A stretch of 52,132 bases of DNA, from positions 1-52,132 of the forward strand of contig CAKZRD010000004.1 of assembly GCA_937143345.1 (NCBI GenBank), given 5' to 3'. Of this stretch, positions 46,455 through 52,132 are shown piece by piece. The DNA is from an uncultured archaeon (GTDB taxonomy: Archaea > Nanobdellota > Nanobdellia > Pacearchaeales > GW2011-AR1). The position numbers and the translations under genes are program-made. The notes beneath the pieces are model-generated. The model saw only the letters and a program-made list of their open reading frames with translations. It did no database searches and was not told the DNA's origin. The first letter of the stretch is position 1, and the number at the start of each line of letters is the position of its first letter.

Positions 46455-47120
46455 ATGGAAGAGGAATTAAAAAATTCAATATTAAAAACAGGCACTAGTA
46501 TAGTTGGTATAGTTTGTAAAGAAGGAGTTGTTTTAGCTGGAGATAGAAAAGTTACTGCCGGGGGTCATATTATTATGAATAAAAACACAAAAAAAGTTGT
46601 TCAGATAAATAATTATCTTGTTTTGGCAGCTACAGGTTCTGCTTCAGATATTGAGATGCTAAGAAAAATTGTTTCTGCTGAGCTTAAATTAAAAGAATTA
46701 AGAGACAGAAAAAGGCCTTCTGTTAAAGAAGCTGTTAATTTAATTGCTATGATTTCGTATAGAAATATCAGACAACCTTCTATGATTCCTTTTATTGCTG
46801 GAACTCTTGTTGCAGGATATAACGAAAATGGAAGTGTAGAACTTTATACTATCGAACCGGCAGGAAGTGCAATAAAAGTTGAAGATTACGATGCAAATTT
46901 TTCTTCAGGAATGCCTTATATTTTAGGTTTGCTGGAAAGACAATATAAAAAGAATATATCAATAGAAGAGGGAATTAAATTAGCTATAGAATCAATTAAA
47001 GCATCTTCTGAAAGAGACACTGGTTCTGGTTATGGTATCGATGTTTTTGTAATAACAAAAGAAGGAATAAAACAAGTATCAAAACAAAAAGCTTCTTTTG
47101 AATACAGAGAAGAAAACTGA
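46455..47120 (+). CDS. psmB: Proteasome beta subunit
   Basis: Propeptide ending KTG/TSIVG, AGDRKVT, ERDTGSG. Confidence 0.95.
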   Translation: MEEELKNSILKTGTSIVGIVCKEGVVLAGDRKVTAGGHIIMNKNTKKVVQINNYLVLAATGSASDIEMLRKIVSAELKLKELRDRKRPSVKEAVNLIAMISYRNIRQPSMIPFIAGTLVAGYNENGSVELYTIEPAGSAIKVEDYDANFSSGMPYILGLLERQYKKNISIEEGIKLAIESIKASSERDTGSGYGIDVFVITKEGIKQVSKQKASFEYREEN

Positions 47121-47126
47121 TTTTTA

Positions 47127-49019
47127 ATGGGAGACATTCTTAAAAACATAGAGGAAGAATTGCCAAAAGGAGTAATCGAAAACTCTTTTTTTGAAGGCGC
47201 TAATATAGTTATTTATACAAAAAATAAAAATTTCTTTTTAGAAGGAGAAGCAAATATTCGTGAAGCAGTAAATAAGTTTAAAAAAAGAATAGAATTAAGA
47301 GCATCAGAAGAAATTCTTTTAGAAAAAGAAAAAGCAGAACAAACGATTCGTTCTTTAATTCCTTCAGAAGCAGAGCTAACACAAATAATCTTCGATATTC
47401 AAAGAAGTATCGTTATTATCGAGGCAAAAAAACCTGGAAATGTCATAGGAAAAAATGGGGAATTATTGAAAGAGATAAGGAATAATACATTTTGGTTTCC
47501 AGTAGTTCAAAGAAGCCCAATAATAAATTCAAAAATAACCGAAAGTATTCGTTCTGTTCTTTATTTAAATAATAATCAACGAAAGAAATTTCTTAACGAC
47601 ATAGGTAAAAAAATTTATAAGGAATGGGATCCTTCAAAATTAGACGAATGGGTAAGATTAACTTTTTTGGGAAGTGGAAGACAGGTTGGTAGGAGTTCTC
47701 TTTTATTACAAACGCCACAAACAAGCATTTTAATAGATTGCGGAATAGATGTTTCTGCTCAGAATAGTGATAGATTTCCTATATTTAACGCTCCAGAATT
47801 CGATATAAATAAAATTGACGCGATAGTACTTTCTCATGCGCATTTAGATCATTCAGGTTTAATTCCTTATTTATACCGAATGGGTTACAAGGGGCCTGTG
47901 TATATGACAACCCCAACAAGAGATTTAGCTGCTCTTTTAGCATTAGATTTAATTGGTGTTTCTTATAAACAAGCTTCGACACCCCTCTTTTCTTCTTCAG
48001 ATGTTTCTGAGATGATTAAACATTCTATCTGTTTAAATTTTAATGAAGTTACAGATATAGCTCCTGATGTAAGAATAACATTTTACAATTCAGGACATAC
48101 TCTTGGAAGTGCTATGATTCATTTTAATATAGGAAATGGTTTACATAATTTTGTTTATACAGGAGATTTAAAATTTGGAAAATCACTTCTTTTAGATCCA
48201 GCAGTTTCTCATTTTCCGAGAGTTGAAACCTTACTTATAGAGTCAACTTATGGAGCGAAAAATAATGTTTTTCCATCGAGAAAAGAAACAGAAGAAGATT
48301 TAATTGAATTTATAAAAAAAGTTAGTTCGAGAGGGGGAAAAGTCTTAATTCCGGAACTTGGTTTAGGAAGAGCACAAGAGACGATGCTTGTTTTAGAAAA
48401 TGCAATTAAAGAAGGAAAATTAGAAAAAATTCCTATTTATATAGATGGAATGATATGGGATATAAATGCCATTCACACAGTTTATCCAGAGTTTTTATCT
48501 AGGAATGTAATGAGCTCAATTTTTCAAGATAACAATCCATTTACATCAGAAATCTTCAAACAAGTTGGTTCTGCTCAGGAAAGAAAAAAAGTTATTGAAG
48601 AACCTAATCCGTCTGTTATTTTAGCAACATCCGGAATGCTTGTTGGAGGCGCTTCCGTCGAATATTTCAGAGAAATTGCAGACAATGAAAAAAACGGAGT
48701 ATGCTTTGTTTGTTATCAGGGAGCTGGTTCTTTAGGAAGGCAGGTTCAAGAAGGTTTAAAAGAAACAAATTTTATTGTCGATGGAAAAGAAGAAACAGTT
48801 CCTATAAAATTAGAGGTTAAAACAATAGAAGGTTTTTCTGCACATAGTTCAAGAAGTGAATTAATGGCTTTTATTTCAAGGATAAATCCAAAACCTAAAA
48901 GAATATTAATAAATCATGGTGAACAATCAAGAAGTTTGGATCTTGCTTCCTCTATTTATAAATCTTTTAAAATAGAAACTGTTGTTCCGAGAAATCTAGA
49001 TGCTATAAGGTTAAGATGA
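47127..49019 (+). CDS. fttA: Beta-CASP ribonuclease aCPSF1 (FttA)
   Basis: N-terminal KH domains, HAHLDH, GHTLGSA, ESTYG, GFSAHS, NHGE; follows psmB. Confidence 0.96.
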   Translation: MGDILKNIEEELPKGVIENSFFEGANIVIYTKNKNFFLEGEANIREAVNKFKKRIELRASEEILLEKEKAEQTIRSLIPSEAELTQIIFDIQRSIVIIEAKKPGNVIGKNGELLKEIRNNTFWFPVVQRSPIINSKITESIRSVLYLNNNQRKKFLNDIGKKIYKEWDPSKLDEWVRLTFLGSGRQVGRSSLLLQTPQTSILIDCGIDVSAQNSDRFPIFNAPEFDINKIDAIVLSHAHLDHSGLIPYLYRMGYKGPVYMTTPTRDLAALLALDLIGVSYKQASTPLFSSSDVSEMIKHSICLNFNEVTDIAPDVRITFYNSGHTLGSAMIHFNIGNGLHNFVYTGDLKFGKSLLLDPAVSHFPRVETLLIESTYGAKNNVFPSRKETEEDLIEFIKKVSSRGGKVLIPELGLGRAQETMLVLENAIKEGKLEKIPIYIDGMIWDINAIHTVYPEFLSRNVMSSIFQDNNPFTSEIFKQVGSAQERKKVIEEPNPSVILATSGMLVGGASVEYFREIADNEKNGVCFVCYQGAGSLGRQVQEGLKETNFIVDGKEETVPIKLEVKTIEGFSAHSSRSELMAFISRINPKPKRILINHGEQSRSLDLASSIYKSFKIETVVPRNLDAIRLR

Positions 49020-49900
49020 AACACAAACTCTCTATAACTCTGATAATGCTTGGGCTTTTTTTAGTGACCCAAATTTTGGGAATTTTTATAATATCTAAAG
49101 GAGAAGCCCCGGAATTTATAAATGGAGAAGGACAAAAAAATATTGCTGGTTTTTTTAGTATTCTTATTTCTTTTATTATAGCAATATCTTTCTTCTTCTT
49201 TTTGATAAAATACAAATGGAAGTTTTTTATAAAAATATGGTTTAGTTTAGTTATTTTTTTAGCTTTAACAATAACAATTTATGCTATTTTAACAATATTC
49301 TTTAATGAAAAGACTTTAATTTTATTTTACTCTCTTTTAATTTCCTTATTTTTAACTTTTTTAAGAGTTCTAAGACCTTCAATAATAATCCATAATTTTA
49401 CAGAAGTTCTTATTTATTCTGGGGTTTCTTTAATTTTTATTCCATTTTTATCTCCTTTTTTTGTTATAATACTTCTCGTTTTAATCTCTTTTTATGATAT
49501 ATGGGCTGTTTGGCATGTTGGTTTTATGCAAAAGATAGCAAAATTTCAAATAGATGAAGTAAAAATTTTTAATGGTTTTTTCGTCCCTTATCTAAATAAA
49601 GATATAATGGAAAAAATAAAAAAAGTAAAAAAAAGTAAAAAATTAAATGCAAAGTTAAAAGTCCCGATAGCTCTTCTCGGTGGAGGGGATGTTGCTTTTA
49701 CTTTAATTCCAGCAGGAGTTTTTTTGAAGAGTTTTGGTTTGATGGCGGCTATCTTTGTCGTTCTTGGAGGATTTTTTGGGCTTTGTTATCTTATGTTTTT
49801 TTCAGAAAAAAAGAAGTTTTATCCAGCAATGCCTTTTATTACTCTTGGAATCTTCATCTCTTTGTTTTTTTACTTTTTTATATTTAAGATTTTTTATTAA
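49016..49900 (+). CDS. Presenilin/SPP-family intramembrane aspartyl protease
   Basis: Multi-TM protein with YD, LGGGD and PAMP motifs. Confidence 0.9.
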   Translation: MKHKLSITLIMLGLFLVTQILGIFIISKGEAPEFINGEGQKNIAGFFSILISFIIAISFFFFLIKYKWKFFIKIWFSLVIFLALTITIYAILTIFFNEKTLILFYSLLISLFLTFLRVLRPSIIIHNFTEVLIYSGVSLIFIPFLSPFFVIILLVLISFYDIWAVWHVGFMQKIAKFQIDEVKIFNGFFVPYLNKDIMEKIKKVKKSKKLNAKLKVPIALLGGGDVAFTLIPAGVFLKSFGLMAAIFVVLGGFFGLCYLMFFSEKKKFYPAMPFITLGIFISLFFYFFIFKIFY

Positions 49901-49997
49901 CTTTTCAGTTATAACAAAATCGAAAGATTTAAAAATATATTTTATCTTTTCATAATGGTAACAAAATGACAAATAAAAAACAATTAGGAAGACTTTA

Positions 49998-50780
49998 ATG
50001 ACATTTAACAACGAACTTATAAAAAAAGTAAAAGATTATTTTGATTTAAATATTTATGAAACCAGGGTTTGGCTTGCACTTTTGGCAAAGGGAATTTCTT
50101 CAGCTGGAGAAATAACAGAGTTTTCAGAGGTACCTCGTTCAAGAACATATGACGTTTTAGAAAGTTTAGAGAAGAAAGGCTTTGTTCTTCAAAAAATCGG
50201 TAAACCAGTTAAGTATCTTGCAATAAAACCAGAAATAGTTATAGAAAAATTAAAAAATAACATTATAAAGGAAGCTCAAGAAAAAGTTATGACTCTCGAT
50301 AATCTAAAAAACACAAAAGAATATGATGAAATAAAAGAACTTCACGAAAAAGGCCTCGAAACACTGAAAACAGAAAATATAACAAGCGCAATAAAAGGAA
50401 AATCAAATCTTTATAGTCAAATGAGGGACTTATTGGAGAATGCTGAAAATAGTGTTTATTTCGCAACTTCTGCTTTTGAATTAAGTACTAAACTAAAGAT
50501 GTTTCAAGAAATTTTTTCAAAATTGAAAAAAAGAAAAGTAATTATAAAAGTGATTATTCCTGAAAAAGAAGAAGTAAAAAAACTCTCAAAAAAACTAGGT
50601 GTTGAAATAAAATCAAAAAAAATAAGCGGAAAGTTTTTAATTATAGATAGGGAAGAGATTTTATTCATTGTAAAACCACTTAATGAAAAAAATGACGATA
50701 AAGAAAATGCTTTTTGGGTAAATTCAGTTTATTTTGCTAATTCTCTCGCTTATCTTTTTGATTTAGCTTGGAAGGATTAA
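49998..50780 (+). CDS. TrmB family transcriptional regulator
   Basis: LNIYET..VPRSRTYDVLESLEKKG; C-terminal PLD-like domain. Confidence 0.92.
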   Translation: MTFNNELIKKVKDYFDLNIYETRVWLALLAKGISSAGEITEFSEVPRSRTYDVLESLEKKGFVLQKIGKPVKYLAIKPEIVIEKLKNNIIKEAQEKVMTLDNLKNTKEYDEIKELHEKGLETLKTENITSAIKGKSNLYSQMRDLLENAENSVYFATSAFELSTKLKMFQEIFSKLKKRKVIIKVIIPEKEEVKKLSKKLGVEIKSKKISGKFLIIDREEILFIVKPLNEKNDDKENAFWVNSVYFANSLAYLFDLAWKD

Positions 50781-50914
50781 ATATAAGGAAAATAGATCTC
50801 TTCCAACAAAAGAATTTTTAAACCGAAAAAATCATTTAAAAAAATTTAATATAGAATCTTACTTCTAATTTCTGGTTTAGTGATGGAAGAAATTTTTTAA
50901 AAGGTTTGAAAAAA

Positions 50915-51679
50915 TTATAAAATTTTCATCTTAATTAGCCATCTCCATTTTTTAGGTGCGATGTCACCTGCTTTTCTTATATAAATGATTTTTAATCTTT
51001 TATTTCGAACCTCTTTTAAAACTTTTTCTTTAACTCCAAAACCGTGATAATAGATTAGAGTTCCCCTTTTTCCATATTTTAAAATAGAATCGATAAACGT
51101 TTCTTTTAAGTTTGGTCTTGGCATTAAAATAATGTCAAATTTTTCTTTTGTTTTTATTTTTCTTGAATCTCCTTGTAAAATCTCTACATAATTTTGAACT
51201 TTGTTTAATAAAACATTTTTTTTTCCATATACACAAGCTTTCTTGTTTAATTCAGAGGAAATTATTTTTGCTTTAATTCCTTTATTTTTTAAAAATTTCG
51301 CAAGAACGATAGGATAAGGAGAAACTCCTGCGAACATAACTAAAATTTTTGAATTTTGTTTTATTTCTTTTGAAATTTCTTCTGCTGTTAAAAATCTTTC
51401 ATGTGCTAATCTCGGTGAAAAATAAGTTTCTTCTACATTTAGATAAAAAGAGCAATAATTTTCTTTGTGGATTGTCTCTCTTTTATTTTCACCTGCAAGA
51501 AATTTTGTTTTAAATCTTCTTAATCTCCCTTTTATGTCAGTAGTTTTCTCTAAGATTGTTTTTATTTCTTTATGTTTTTTTAAGAAAAAATATGCATAAA
51601 TTTTTTTAAAAAGAAAGGGATAAAAATTATGAAACTTGATTATTGCAATATCTCCAATAAGATCTATCGATTTTCTCAT
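50915..51679 (-). CDS. Trm5/Taw2-family tRNA SAM-dependent transferase
   Basis: DLIGDIAI, TIHKEN, YFSPRL..ER, MFAGV.PY, ELN, GD. Confidence 0.88.
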   Translation of the reverse strand: MRKSIDLIGDIAIIKFHNFYPFLFKKIYAYFFLKKHKEIKTILEKTTDIKGRLRRFKTKFLAGENKRETIHKENYCSFYLNVEETYFSPRLAHERFLTAEEISKEIKQNSKILVMFAGVSPYPIVLAKFLKNKGIKAKIISSELNKKACVYGKKNVLLNKVQNYVEILQGDSRKIKTKEKFDIILMPRPNLKETFIDSILKYGKRGTLIYYHGFGVKEKVLKEVRNKRLKIIYIRKAGDIAPKKWRWLIKMKIL

Positions 51680-51715
51680 AACTAAAAAATAAAAAATGAT
51701 TTTTTAAATTTGTCT

Positions 51716-52072
51716 TTAATAAATTTTTGTTCCGTTCTCCACTTCTTTCTCTGGAGAAATCAGAACTACTTTATTATGATCTTGACTTGTAGCTGCCAAT
51801 AACATTCCTCTGCTTTCTATTCCTTTCAATTTTCTAGGCATTAAATTTTCAAAGAGCACTATTTTTTTCCCAAAAAGTTCTTCTTTAGAATAATGCTTTT
51901 TTATTCCTGCACAAATTATTCTTTCCCCATAAATTCCCGTATCGAGAGTTAATTTATATAGTTTATCAGCTCCTTCAATATCTTCAACCTTTCTTATTTC
52001 TGCTACAATAAGGTTTATTTTTTCCCAAACAGAAAAATCAACTTTTTCCATCTGCCTTTTTTGCTTGTTCAT
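51716..52072 (-). CDS. Stand-alone tRNA-binding OB-fold protein (Trbp111/MetRS C-terminal/CsaA-like)
   Basis: ADKLYKL, RIICAGI, NLMPRKLKGIESRGMLLA; exact start uncertain. Confidence 0.88.
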   Translation of the reverse strand: MNKQKRQMEKVDFSVWEKINLIVAEIRKVEDIEGADKLYKLTLDTGIYGERIICAGIKKHYSKEELFGKKIVLFENLMPRKLKGIESRGMLLAATSQDHNKVVLISPEKEVENGTKIY

Positions 52073-52132
52073 AAAATAATAGGCACTGAAAGACAAGACA
52101 GATAATTATTAGTATTGGTACAAGAAAAATAC

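Noticed and set aside
523-50011. Short ORFs antisense to or overlapping real genes (e.g. 523-762, 2490-2849, 17240-17590, 28394-28681, 43497-43829, 45529-45945)
   Set aside because: Shadow frames of well-supported genes, with no recognisable motifs.

Overview
AT-rich archaeal chromosome segment. It is most consistent with a reduced DPANN genome (Pacearchaeota-like; inference from the archaeal RNAP, TBP, NAC, Kae1, Dph2 and proteasome genes, a fused RpoA'/A'', and several bacterial-type genes). Left to right: end of a type I R-M locus (hsdM, start of hsdS); an NrdR-box-controlled deoxynucleotide operon (nrdR, orphan TSCPD domain, nrdD lacking its glycyl-radical tail, a separate 40-aa glycyl-radical peptide, nrdG, kinase-dCMP deaminase fusion); GlcD-like/DHH/4Fe-4S genes; a membrane pseudo-cyclase; a complete but dispersed AmmeMemoRadiSam trio; rpoE/spt4/rps24e/rps27ae; Lrp divergent from bacterial-type groES-groEL; tRNA-Gln; kae1, split dph2, tbp; a ~5.5 kb decayed integrative island at an intron-containing tRNA-Glu (integrase, Lrp, truncated AsnRS/AspRS-like gene, MccF/S66 peptidase, wHTH, truncated PD-(D/E)XK nuclease); NAC and Sec61beta; a large frameshifted surface protein; the RNAP operon with an extra 55-aa ORF between rpoB and rpoA; thyA-folA; psmB-aCPSF1-presenilin; TrmB, Trm5/Taw2-like and Trbp111-like genes. 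No CRISPR array or rRNA was seen. All calls come from motif recognition by eye; no searches were run.
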